NCBI GenBank assembly: GCA_040954595.2
Contig: CM082595.2
Span: 6,536,137-6,600,136, forward strand
From: Balanoglossus misakiensis
Lineage: Eukaryota; Animalia; Hemichordata
Reading direction: 5' to 3'
DNA: 64,000 bases
Of the stretch, positions 51,701 to 61,900 are shown one piece after another. The translations under genes were made by a program, and so were the position numbers. The stretch's first letter is position 1, and the number at the start of each line of letters is the position of its first letter. The notes under the pieces were generated by a model, which did not search any database, was not told where the DNA came from, and was given only the letters and a program-made list of their open reading frames with translations.

Positions 51701-54700
51701 TCTCTGGGTTGGGATAGATGATAAGCGATCCACGCAAAACATTATACAGGTAGGTTGACCCTTGAAAACATGTTGTTATGCCAAAAGGGTTTATTAAAGG
51801 GACTTTATTAGTAACACCTGATCATTTTACAGTATTTTTGTTCTGTTTGTTGAATTAAGCCCAAATAGCTGCCACTTTTAGCATATTTTCATCGATGACA
51901 TACTTCAATCTTTACCTTATTCTAAATCAACAGACAACAAAAATTGTTAATTTGTGGAGATTCTAACACCCTTGTTTGCATACCTCGATAGTTGCAAACT
52001 CTTGTAAAGGGTGACTGAATAAATAGATGCGTTGATAAGTTAAACACGTGCCATTTCATCATCCATCATGTTTTACTCGCATCCTGTAAGTTTTTTGCTG
52101 TCTTCATGATTCTACAAGCTGACATGTTGTATCCAATAGAATAGTATCACTGTGTAGAACATAATGCAAAGCCAAACGCATCAATGTCTTCCATTATGAA
52201 AGTGTCTTTCCTTTTTTTCTTGACAGATTGACCAAAGTGGTTTGGGTTTACCGAGCAGGGACTATTACCTCAAAAATAATTCTAAACCGGTAAGTTTGAG
52301 ATGATTTAGAAAGATTTTTATGGCCTGTTCTCAGTCTCTTGGTTGCATACTGTCAGCCGCAGATAGATCCGGATCCCCCCCCCCCCCCTGCCCCAAAAAA
52401 GAGGGGCATGTTTGGTATTTGTCTTTTGATTGACAGGCAAATATATGTGGTCCTAGAACATGCATACTGGTACCTCAGCATACAAAACTGCACCCAATAA
52501 TGTCCATTATCCATGTTCAGGGGTTTGCAACTAGACAATGATAAGACATTTATATATGGTCAGCCCGTTATGTATGTATGTATATGCGTGTGTGTGTGTA
52601 TGTATGTATGTACCGGTATGTGTGTGTGTGCGTGCATGCATGTGTGCGTGTGCGTTTAGGAGCTACATGGTACTACAGTCATGATTATGTTTTGTCTTGT
52701 GGCCAACAGGTCATGGATGCCTACCTGAAGTACATGACCACTGTGTGCACACTAATGGGCGGACAAATTAATGAAACTCACCCACAGATGGAGGAGATTA
52801 TAGAACTGGAAACCGAGCTTGCTAATGTAAGTTTAGCCTGAGAATCATTGTAACCTATTACTAACCTGGCTATGTTGTAATATGTTCTGAATTAAAATAA
52901 TATTATCTGTCAACAGAAAAGGCTCTATAGTTTGCCATATTTTATGTCTTCTAGAACCTTCATTTTTTTCTATCAAATTCAACAGAAAACGGTGGCAAAA
53001 CAAGCTTACATTAAACTTAAAATGTTTCCAATCAATCACAACAGACATTTTGTTACATTGTTTTACTCTTAACCGCTTTCAGATAACAGTACCACCAGAC
53101 GCCAGGCGAGATGAAGAGGTGCTCTACCACCGACTGAAGTTCTCTGATCTGCATGCCAGGGCACCGGCTGTAAGTATACCCTACAAGATGACAGTGTTTC
53201 CATACAATGTACAAGACACGCCAGAAATTGCTCCAACATGGCAAACTCAAACACAATGTTGATTTGATGTAGTGGTTTTGTGCGCGGACTTGCTTACTAC
53301 GTGAGTTGGTGCAGTTGGTCTAGGTGCAAATCCTGTACAATACAAGTCAATTTTGCATCCCATGACAAAAATCAACACTTGCATGTTGCTTTTCATATGT
53401 ACAGATCGACTGGTTGTCAAATGTACAGTACATGTTTAGCAAAGCTGGTGTCACTGACATCACTATGGATGAAAATGTTGTATTGTATGCCCCAGAGTAC
53501 CTTCAGCAAGTGTCAGATCTTATTCTCAGAACTCCAGACAGGTAAGTTTGCCTAAAACATGTCCGCAAAAGGGTGGACCATTTGTTCACTTGCAAGCAGA
53601 TACTGTAAAACGGGAAATTTTCGCGATGATATATTTTTGCGAACTTCGCAAGAGCTGAAAAAAAACGCTGAAAGTTAAAAGTCGTTTTGGAGATATCAAT
53701 GTAGTTAGTGAAATACAAGAACGTGATCATTGATCATCGTGTATCAGTTGCCTCTTTATATATTACGTGAAAATTTCCTGTTACGAAAATTCCCACTTTA
53801 CAGCATAAAATGAATCGCAACTCTAAGGAATTGATATCCTGTCAGGGGTTACTGATGCAAATGAAAATTGTGACTTTTTTCTCATCCAGGATTCTGAACA
53901 ACTACATGGTGTGGCGAGCAGTGCAACGGATGGCGCCATACCTGAATCAAGCATTCCGGGATGCCTCCGCCGAGTTTTCCGAGTCGCTGTACGGAGCAAG
54001 CAGCCAGACGGTCAAGTGGAGGTTCTGCGTCACGGACACGGACGGCAGCATCGGCATGGCACTGGGCGCCATGTTCGTTAGGGAAGCCTTTGATGGAAAC
54101 AGCAAACGTTATGTAAGGGGAAAAATTTGAACCGAATTTTATGACTTGGTGAGATGGATCAAAAGATATCAGCACTGATGGGATAGTAATCATGACTTTT
54201 GATGTCATTGTCAAAATTCGCTGAGGACCGTTTATTGTTTTATTTGCTTAAGTATGTTGAAATCCCCGCATATTTGATGTGTTAATACAGCCTGCATATA
54301 TAATATTCAATGTACATTTAACTATTGGCAGTTGTAATTTATTTTATGACAGATAGACTCAGAACTTTTGTGTCAATTCATTCTAGAAATATTTTTGAAG
54401 TCCTCTATAGAGTGACAAGATGATTTGATGTGAATTTTCAATAACCATACGTGTTTGACAGACAAGTTCACGTTGTGTCTGCAGTCACCCGAACACATAT
54501 TTTGGATGGAGTGTTCTCTCTAGAATTTTTTTAAGATAATTTGGCAGAAGTTTACAGCCTCCTGTGAGAGGTGTGTGATCATGTCCATTTAAAGGGACAA
54601 AGTCTCTCTCTTTCTGCCCTTTTTCTATTATTTATGTTTGATACGAGACACCGTTTATGTTATTCTGCATGTGGATATATAGTGAATCAACATTCAACCA

Positions 54701-57700
54701 CACACAATGTCCATTCTGTTTGTAGGATATGATAATATAAATCTTGCCAAAATTAATAATCAGTAAACACTGATTATTCATTTTGGCGAGTTTTTCACTC
54801 TCGTGTCTACAAGTGGGATGGAAGTTGTGTGTTGTCGAATGTTCATTCACTATATATCAACATGTAGAATACTATAAACAGTGTCTCGTATCAAACATAA
54901 TTAATGGAAAAAGGATAGTGAGAGAGAAACTTTGTCCATTTAATGAGAGTAATGCATTACTCTCCCAAAGTCAAAATTACACAGTGGCCATCATCATTGG
55001 CCTCTGGGGAGAACACTCTTGATGTCCATTTTTAGTAATCTTTGTCTTGCTGACTTGAGTTACAGGCCCAACAAATGATCAATGAAATCAGGGAGGCGTT
55101 CAAGGACAACTTCCCTAAGCTCGACTGGATGGACGAAGAAACAAGAGCGGCTGCTAGAGACAAGGTAAGGCAACTTAGATGGTGCAACAATATAACCACT
55201 TGAGTCTTAAAAGGGTGATAGTAGAGAGAAAATACTTTGTATACAAATTCGTCAGACAGTCTGCAATGCGGTTAGCTTCCGTGCTACCATGATGCGCGTT
55301 GACTTGACCAGTAACACGACCAGTAAGAAGATACAGTAATTTAATTTGATTCGATTTGATTTACATTGTACGCAGATACTACAGACAGTCTGCAATGTGG
55401 AAAGCTTTCATGCTACAATGATTTGAGTTGACTTAACAGTAAGCAGATACTTTGATTTTATTTTATTTTATTTTATTTTATTTGACCTACAGGCAGATGC
55501 TGTGGTGGACATGATTGGATTTCCAAACTACATCCTGGACCCAGCCAAGCTTGATGAAAGATACAAGGGGGTATGTAAGACACACAGTGGCATGTTATAT
55601 ATGGTGGGACTACAGCGGTTTGCACTGGACTCCACTGGAAACGTTGTGTGAACAACGCCCTCTACTTTGGTTCTATGGACAGGACCAGCCACTCTGTTAC
55701 TGCAGACTGTTGGCATTTCAAAGAACACATTAAATATTTTAAACTAATTGAAATCATTAAAATGCTGCATATATAATTAGGTGCATTGCATGCAAGTTTG
55801 CTACATGCTGTTAAATTTGTTTATTTGTTTGTCTTTTCAGTTGGACTTCACAGAAGAGGAATATTTTGAAAACAATCTGCATCTGATTACGTTTAACATT
55901 CTGCAGTCACGAGAAAAGTTGCGGAAGAAAGTGAATAGAACCAAATGGGAAATGACCCCGCCAACTGTGAATGCATATTACACACCAAGCAAGAATGAAA
56001 TTGGTTGGTAGAAGTATTTATGAAGATCAAAGAGAATTATTGGCCAAATAACAAAAACCTCAAGAGACATTTGTACTCGTAAAATGTGATTTTTAGTATT
56101 CATAAACTGACATCATCAAAATTCTATTTATTGAAACATCATAATATTCATTGACAACTATTGCCAAATAAGTTAATATTATGCAAATTCATTCATTACA
56201 GCAACTAATCAGTGGAGGTTACTTTCACTAGAATATGGATATCCTTGCGCATCATTATGTTGTTTGACTAAGTATTTTTCAAGTAAATAAAAATGTGTGT
56301 TATTTGTTATAGTGTTTCCTGCCGGTATATTGCAAGCACCGTTTTATGACCAGGAGTATCCAAAGTAAGTTGCAAAACCAGCTATGATTGGTCTATTTAG
56401 TTGTAACCCCAGGAATCATTGGTCAGATAAGTTGTAAAACCAGACATTATTGATTGATACTTTGTAACATCACCGACGGTAGGTCAAAGACATTGTACCA
56501 CCTGCTGTTATTGGTCACCCAAGATGTAACATTAGACTTAGTCTTTATTGGTTACACTATAACACAGACAATCTACAAGCTGATCCAAGGCAGGAAAAAA
56601 CATTGGACAAGTAGTTGTATATGTCATGAAGGAGAAAAACTATTTTAACATAAATTGTCAATGCTCTGGGTTTTCATGAAGGTTTAATTGACTTTGTGTG
56701 ATTAAGATTGATGACTCACCATTGATATGACATAAAACATTTATCTATACAGACTGGTGTTACACCACTTATTCGAACATTTTCTGTTCTCATCCCACCC
56801 TCATTTGCATAATAGGTCGTTGAACTTTGGTGGCATTGGAGTAGTGGTCGGCCATGAGCTGACGCATGGCTTTGACGACCAAGGCAGAGAATTCGACAAG
56901 GACGGTAATCTGCTGCCCTGGTGGAACAACGCGACAGTCGGGAAATTTGAAGAGAGAACCGAATGCATGGTTAACAAGTACAACCAGTATAAAGTCAATG
57001 ATGAAAATGTAAGTTTGAAATGGTATACTATTTTGATGTTCGGTGGAGCTATGCCTCCAACTTATATACGATAAAATCAACTTGTATTTTATAGGATTCA
57101 AACCCAGACCCACTGCACAAACTCATGTAGCAAGCAAGTCCATGCATAAAACCACTACATCATGTCCACATACCCAAAAAGTGATGTACAGTAATAAGCT
57201 CAAAAGTAGATGTTGGGATTTCAAAATTAAGAGGGGAAGGGATTCTACGTGGGGGGGGGGGGGGGGGGGGGGTTGCTTTCAAGGAAAGTACATGTAACTG
57301 GGTGTTTTGACCAGCTATCGAAATTGTGGTCGAGAGTTATCATTGATAGTGTTCTACCCCTGTGCAAAAATGTATATAATCTATGTACAGGTGTGTGTTC
57401 AGATACTGATTCAGATATACACTTGGATTCTGATCCGAATTCCGATTTGTTGTACACAGGTGGATGGAAAACAAACCCTCGGTGAAAACATCGCTGACAA
57501 CGGTGGTCTAAAGGCTGCATTTAATGTAAGAAATTTTTTCCAACCTTTCTGAATTTCTAAAATATGTGATTGGTAAATTGTGTTTCTGAAACGTTTAGTT
57601 TTACACAGTGTGAACATGGTATATATTGAGATATTTAAAAATGTTTTTTTCCCCACACAGGCTTATGATGGTTGGATTAGGCAGAATGGGCAGGAGGCTC

Positions 57701-58974
57701 CCCTGCCTGTCCTCAATCTCACTCACAGACAACTCTTCTTCCTAGGATTTGCTCAGGTTAGTAAAGTATAACAGAAGTACATAATGCTCATTTTTAGGCT
57801 GCAACCGAAATTTGTTGGGTATACGGTCACCTATGCAAATATACCAACAGTTACCATGGTAAATTGAATTCTAGCCAATCATAGATTTTCAGTGGGTGGC
57901 GAAAAAAAGAGTGCTACCATAGGTTCTTTAGAACGCTCAAATACTCCATTTTAGCCATATATGGGCGTATGTAAATTGGAGGTGACTGTATACCTTTAAC
58001 GTGGACCATGTGGGGTACTTGTGGAGTTGTTTATACATACATATCTCAAGAAAAACTTAATATCAGTAGAATGTCTATCCAATAGACCAGTCTGTCACAC
58101 TTTGTGAGTATAGTGATCATTGTTATTGTTGAAAGTTGAATTAAATTTCTGCTTGAATACATCTGCTGATGATAAACTGTTTATAACGATTTCATTTGCG
58201 TTTATCAGGTTTGGTGTTCAGCCAGTACTACAGCCAGCTCTCACCTCCAGTTGATCACTGATTCACACAGCCCAGCAAAGTACCGGTAAGATTGCCAATC
58301 ATCAACGCAATATTAATGCTTTCTGATGTACCATCAGATTGACTTGTTTTGAATCGGAATAGAGTTGTATTGTTGTGAGAGGTTGTGATAATGAATATTT
58401 GGAGATAGAATTATTGTTGTTGAATAACTCTTTCATGTTCTTGACTACAACCCTTGTCATCTTGTCTCTGTCAGTTGCACCCCTTGCAAAGTTACCCACT
58501 GCAGGCTTATTCCACCTACCCTTCACCATCCTCTCTCCACCATACTGTAAAACACTTTATTTTCGCAAGTTAAAATTTTCGCGATATTGAGAGAGGCCAC
58601 TGTTTCGCAAGTATTAATTTTCGCGTTCTCTTATTTCATATACTGCATTGTTATAAAAAAATTATGCGATTTTTTATTTCCTTGCTATTTTGGCTCTCGC
58701 GTATTTCACGAAAATTTATTGCTCGCGAAAATTAAGTGTTTTACAGTATATCCTCAAGCTAATAACTGCACCACAACCACACTACACCCACCGAAGGTAG
58801 GCACCTGTCTGTTGCCGAAACCAACCTCAGTATCGAATCACCGATTTCCATCTTTCCTCTCACTTAAAACACAGGGTAATCGGAACTCTTTCCAACTCTG
58901 AAGATTTTGCCAAACAGTACAATTGCCCAGTGGGATCAACGATGAATCCTGCCAAGAAATGTGAAGTCTGGTAG
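45688..58974 (+). CDS. ECE1: Endothelin-converting enzyme (M13 neprilysin-family zinc metalloendopeptidase, type II membrane protein), 19 exons, 769 aa
   Basis: join(45688-45720,47549-47792,49878-50081,50980-51107,51600-51749,52227-52289,52710-52826,53083-53169,53405-53541,53890-54112,55066-55164,55493-55570,55841-56003,56313-56364,56816-57008,57460-57525,57661-57756,58209-58285,58875-58974) = 2310 nt, open. Has a signal-anchor [42 protein letters not shown] and C-terminal CEVW. N-terminal [11 protein letters not shown] resembles ECE1 MSTYKRATLDE. Confidence 0.95.
47549..47792 (+). CDS. ECE1: ECE exon 2: cytoplasmic tail and transmembrane anchor
   Basis: CAG|ATG start of exon; [23 protein letters not shown]; GTAAGT donor. 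Confidence 0.92.
48025..48383. mobile_element. MITE family B
   Basis: TTAA TSD and AGGGACAAAGTC TIRs. Confidence 0.88.
48682..48874. mobile_element. MITE family C
   Basis: TTAA TSD and AGGTATAC TIRs. Confidence 0.85.
49878..50081 (+). CDS. ECE1: ECE exon 3 (YCLTPAC...[14 protein letters not shown]...)
   Basis: M13 N-terminal Cys cluster; TAG/GTGAGG. Confidence 0.95.
50135..50497. mobile_element. MITE family B, opposite orientation to the 48025 copy
   Basis: AGGGACAAAGTC TIRs, TTTA/TTAA flanks. Confidence 0.88.
50630..50722. mobile_element. Tiny piggyBac-like MITE (family D)
   Basis: TTAA|CCCTTTCACC...GGTGAGAGGG|TTAA. Confidence 0.7.
50735..50904. mobile_element. MITE family A, internally deleted
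   Basis: TIRs; matches the 4234 copy. Confidence 0.82.
50980..51107 (+). CDS. ECE1: ECE exon 4 ([16 protein letters not shown])
   Basis: CAG/GT, in frame. Confidence 0.93.
51600..51749 (+). CDS. ECE1: ECE exon 5 ([13 protein letters not shown]...[11 protein letters not shown])
   Basis: TAG/GTAGGT, in frame. Confidence 0.92.
52227..52289 (+). CDS. ECE1: ECE exon 6 ([17 protein letters not shown])
   Basis: CAG/GTAAGT; conserved [13 protein letters not shown]. Confidence 0.93.
52710..52826 (+). CDS. ECE1: ECE exon 7 (VMDAYLKYM...LETELAN)
   Basis: CAG/GTAAGT. Confidence 0.92.
53083..53169 (+). CDS. ECE1: ECE exon 8 ([16 protein letters not shown]...APA)
   Basis: CAG/GTAAGT. Confidence 0.92.
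53405..53541 (+). CDS. ECE1: ECE exon 9 (IDWLSNVQ...[10 protein letters not shown]...)
   Basis: CAG/GTAAGT. Confidence 0.9.
53601..53805. mobile_element. MITE family A2
   Basis: TACTGTAAAACGGGAAATTT...AATTCCCACTTTACAGCA. Confidence 0.7.
53890..54112 (+). CDS. ECE1: ECE exon 10 (ILNNYMVW...WRFCVTDTD...GAMFV)
   Basis: CAG/GTAAGG. Confidence 0.93.
54509..55018. mobile_element. hAT-like MITE (related to 16350) interrupted by a family B MITE
   Basis: GAGTGTTCTCTCTAG...CTGGGGAGAACACTC; near-TSD GGATG/TGATG. Confidence 0.55.
54589..54943. mobile_element. MITE family B (nested)
   Basis: TTAA TSD and TIRs. Confidence 0.85.
55066..55164 (+). CDS. ECE1: ECE exon 11 ([12 protein letters not shown]...[15 protein letters not shown])
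   Basis: CAG/GTAAGG; WMD motif. Confidence 0.93.
55493..55570 (+). CDS. ECE1: ECE exon 12 ([17 protein letters not shown]...)
   Basis: CAG/GTATGT. Confidence 0.92.
55841..56003 (+). CDS. ECE1: ECE exon 13 (...[19 protein letters not shown])
   Basis: VNAYY substrate-binding motif; CAG/GTTGGT. Confidence 0.95.
56313..56364 (+). CDS. ECE1: ECE exon 14 ([18 protein letters not shown])
   Basis: TAG/GTAAGT; FPAGILQ. Confidence 0.95.
56816..57008 (+). CDS. ECE1: ECE exon 15 ([21 protein letters not shown]...)
   Basis: HExxH zinc-binding motif; TAG/GTAAGT. Confidence 0.97.
57251..57272. repeat. Poly-G tract (22 nt)
   Basis: Read directly. Confidence 0.9.
57460..57525 (+). CDS. ECE1: ECE exon 16 ([22 protein letters not shown])
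   Basis: GENIAD, third zinc ligand; CAG/GTAAGA. Confidence 0.96.
57661..57756 (+). CDS. ECE1: ECE exon 17 (AYDGW...QLFFLGFAQ)
   Basis: CAG/GTTAGT. Confidence 0.94.
57817..57999. mobile_element. MITE family C
   Basis: GGTATACGGTCACC...GGTGACTGTATACCTTTAA. Confidence 0.8.
58209..58285 (+). CDS. ECE1: ECE exon 18 (VWCS...[10 protein letters not shown])
   Basis: CAG/GTAAGA; catalytic His in HSP. Confidence 0.94.
58543..58748. mobile_element. MITE family A
   Basis: TACTGTAAAACACTTT...AAGTGTTTTACAGTA. Confidence 0.85.
58875..58974 (+). CDS. ECE1: ECE terminal exon ([11 protein letters not shown]...[10 protein letters not shown])
   Basis: CAG acceptor; CxxW terminus; TAG TAG. Confidence 0.95.
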
Positions 58975-61900
58975 TAGTTACTCTCCTCATACTGAATGTT
59001 ACACGTCGCTGCAAAGCAGGGTTACTCCATTTCGTGATCAGGGCAGGTGTTCTGCATTTGTATGGATTGGAAAAATGTTAATCATTCTTTGTTTCTTTAA
59101 TAAGATAAAGTAAAGTAACCATTGTACATATACATGGAAGTTTTCATTTTCAAATATTCATATAAACTTGAAAATATTTATGTACTTAAGATCACCTTAA
59201 AGAATACTGCGAACATTTCACAACACCATTTATAAATTAAGAAAAATGTGCTGTATTAAACAGTAAGCTTAGTTCCAAGTCGTATTTAAGTTTGCCTTTT
59301 CAAAGGAAAGTCATAATATTCCTATTTCCATATCGATTTTTATACTTTTTCTCATTTATGACAATTTGAATCTATCATCATGTCTTTTTTCGGCTAGATT
59401 CAACTTGTCATTTTGTAGTTTGACTCAAAGGAACATTTGTACATGCATTTACACCATTGTTAAAGTGTCAACAACACATAAAGGATATATCACTCTTATA
59501 TGTACCGTGCATGTTAGGGACCAGTGTTGTTGGGTGATTACTCATAGTTCATATCTTTCTGTGTACACTGGTTTGTGTCACACAGTGTGTTGTGGATCAG
59601 TTGTGTTTAGTATGGGTTGTGTTAGAATTTAGAATGAGTTAATTTATATAGGGAAGTGTCAACGAAAACCAATTATCCAATCCGCTTTACAATAAATACA
59701 AAGTAAGAAAATGAGAAAATGTAACCAATAAGCGGAAAAAAAATACATATATCCTCTGATGAAAAGGTACAAATAGTGTTCATACCACTAAGTGCTAACT
59801 GTTCAGCATGAAACTGTCCCAAACAGTGTTCATGTACTTGCTGCAACAAATGGAAACAGGCGCCTAGAATTTACCAAAAAGTTTTTTAGGTCTGCCTTGA
59901 ACTGTTTGTACGTTTCTGCTTTCCTCAATCCTGCTGGTTATCCATTCCACCTTTCAGGGCCCTGAACACTGTACGGTAGTGCAGATTGTGTTACTTGTTT
60001 GCTTTTGCTTTGTTCAATAGGTTGCTGCATGTAATATACATCGCAATTAGTATTACATGCATATGTGTATTGGTTGTTTTTGAGATACAACATTTGACAC
60101 ATAAATTCATTAATCTGTTCCTTAGCAAGAAAACAATACAAGTAACTTTTGGTGTCAGACGAGCATTATATTACCACAGCAAAAATTTAAAAACTACTGC
60201 AGCTACTTCTTTAAATTTTTTGTGGAGCAACATCTTCATCAAAACTAAACACTTTAATATTCCTGCCCATTTCATTCAGCATTTCTGTGATGGGAGAATG
60301 TTGATTTGTTCACTGTGATGTAATCTCAGTTGGAATATGTTTGTTTATACAAAAAGGGTCGTACAAACTGCTGCCATGTTTTTGTGTCAAATTGTTCTGT
60401 GTAAAATGTGAACCTGTTTCTAAGCATTTAATGTACATTCAACTGCTATGTTTCACCATCAATTGAGAATGTGACATGAAATGAGGACAGAAAATCAAAG
60501 TATGTTTGGTTTGTATGGCTGGTACCATACTGCTTCATTGTTGTCTTTGTAACGTGAAAGTAAAATAATTTATCAGAGATGGAGGCTGTGCCACGTGATG
60601 TGATTTTGCGACCATTAAACAAAAAAACATTGTATGGATTCTTAGGCAGACATTTCACTTGTCTTTGAAACACCCAAAATGTCCTACCTTCTTCTGATGG
60701 TGAACTCAATTGGGATTCATATGACCTTAAATTGCTGCACTTTGACCTTTGACCTCCAGTTGTACAGGCATGAAGTTTGAACTCAGTGTTAATGAATATG
60801 GTATTATTATTTACACTGCAGGTAAGCTCAGAAAGAACATACAATAAATTAAATTTGCACAGTGTTATTGTATATTGTACATTTGTGTCAAAAGTTTACT
60901 TTTACTTTTCATTAATTGACTGTTTATAGGTAAAAAAAATTATGATTCTATTGTATAAGTTACATTAATATCAAAATTTACATGTGCTTTTAGTGAAGAA
61001 CCAATTTAGCCTTAAATCCCTGGAAATCCACACAAGATATTCAGATTTAGTGTAAAAAACACTCAAATACATGAGTGTTGCTTTTTGTAAAAAAAGAAAA
61101 TTCATTTATGTGTTGCAAGAGACTAATACGAATTTCCTAACTGTTACAGGTAATCTTAGATTAAGATGCACATTTGTTTGATCTTGTTATAACTCTTGCC
61201 TTCATTTTTTAAAATTAGTAATTTCCCATCATGTGTTTTGTGATTTAAACAAATCGCACTGCTGTATTCAACGAGCATTTTCACCAATTAAGTTGTGATT
61301 CACAGAAATTATTCAAGAAAATAGTTATGATGTCCATTTTACAGTAGAAACAACAGGATTTTATCTATAACTTTTACAATATAAAATAGTTTTGAAAAGA
61401 GAAAATGTGTCCCTAAAAGCTATTGATGGAAGGAACACAAATTGAAAAGATTTGAAGAAAAATGCCAATATTATTAAATTCTTACGTGTGCTAATATGAA
61501 TAATGTATGCTTTAATATGAGAATTTGCATAGAACTTTTTAAGTCCTTTTATGAGAGAGCTTTAATGAATGTAGTGAGTATTTTGCATACATTTACATAT
61601 TTAGTTAACCTGCCACAGCTTTACACTGTCTTACTGTGCTCCTTGCACAAAGAGTTACATGTATTTTAAACAGAAAACACGATTATTTGAATTGTATATC
61701 AGATTCACATTTCTGTATTTCGCAAAAAAGTATTAGATTTTGCAGTTTGGGGTAAAAGTTTTGTAACAAGAAATTCCGACGCAGCAATTTTCAAAATTTA
61801 AGAATAGTATACTATATTTATTTAAGATATTATTTGTTTAAGATATTATGTATATGAACTTGTGCTGAATTACAAACCACCAGTAAGTTAGTCAGTTGAG

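Noticed and set aside
58972-58977. Stop-codon readthrough or selenocysteine recoding in either gene
   Set aside because: ECE ends at the canonical CEVW with tandem TAG TAG; the ATP13A TGA lacks a readthrough context; no in-frame TGA in the spliced CDSs
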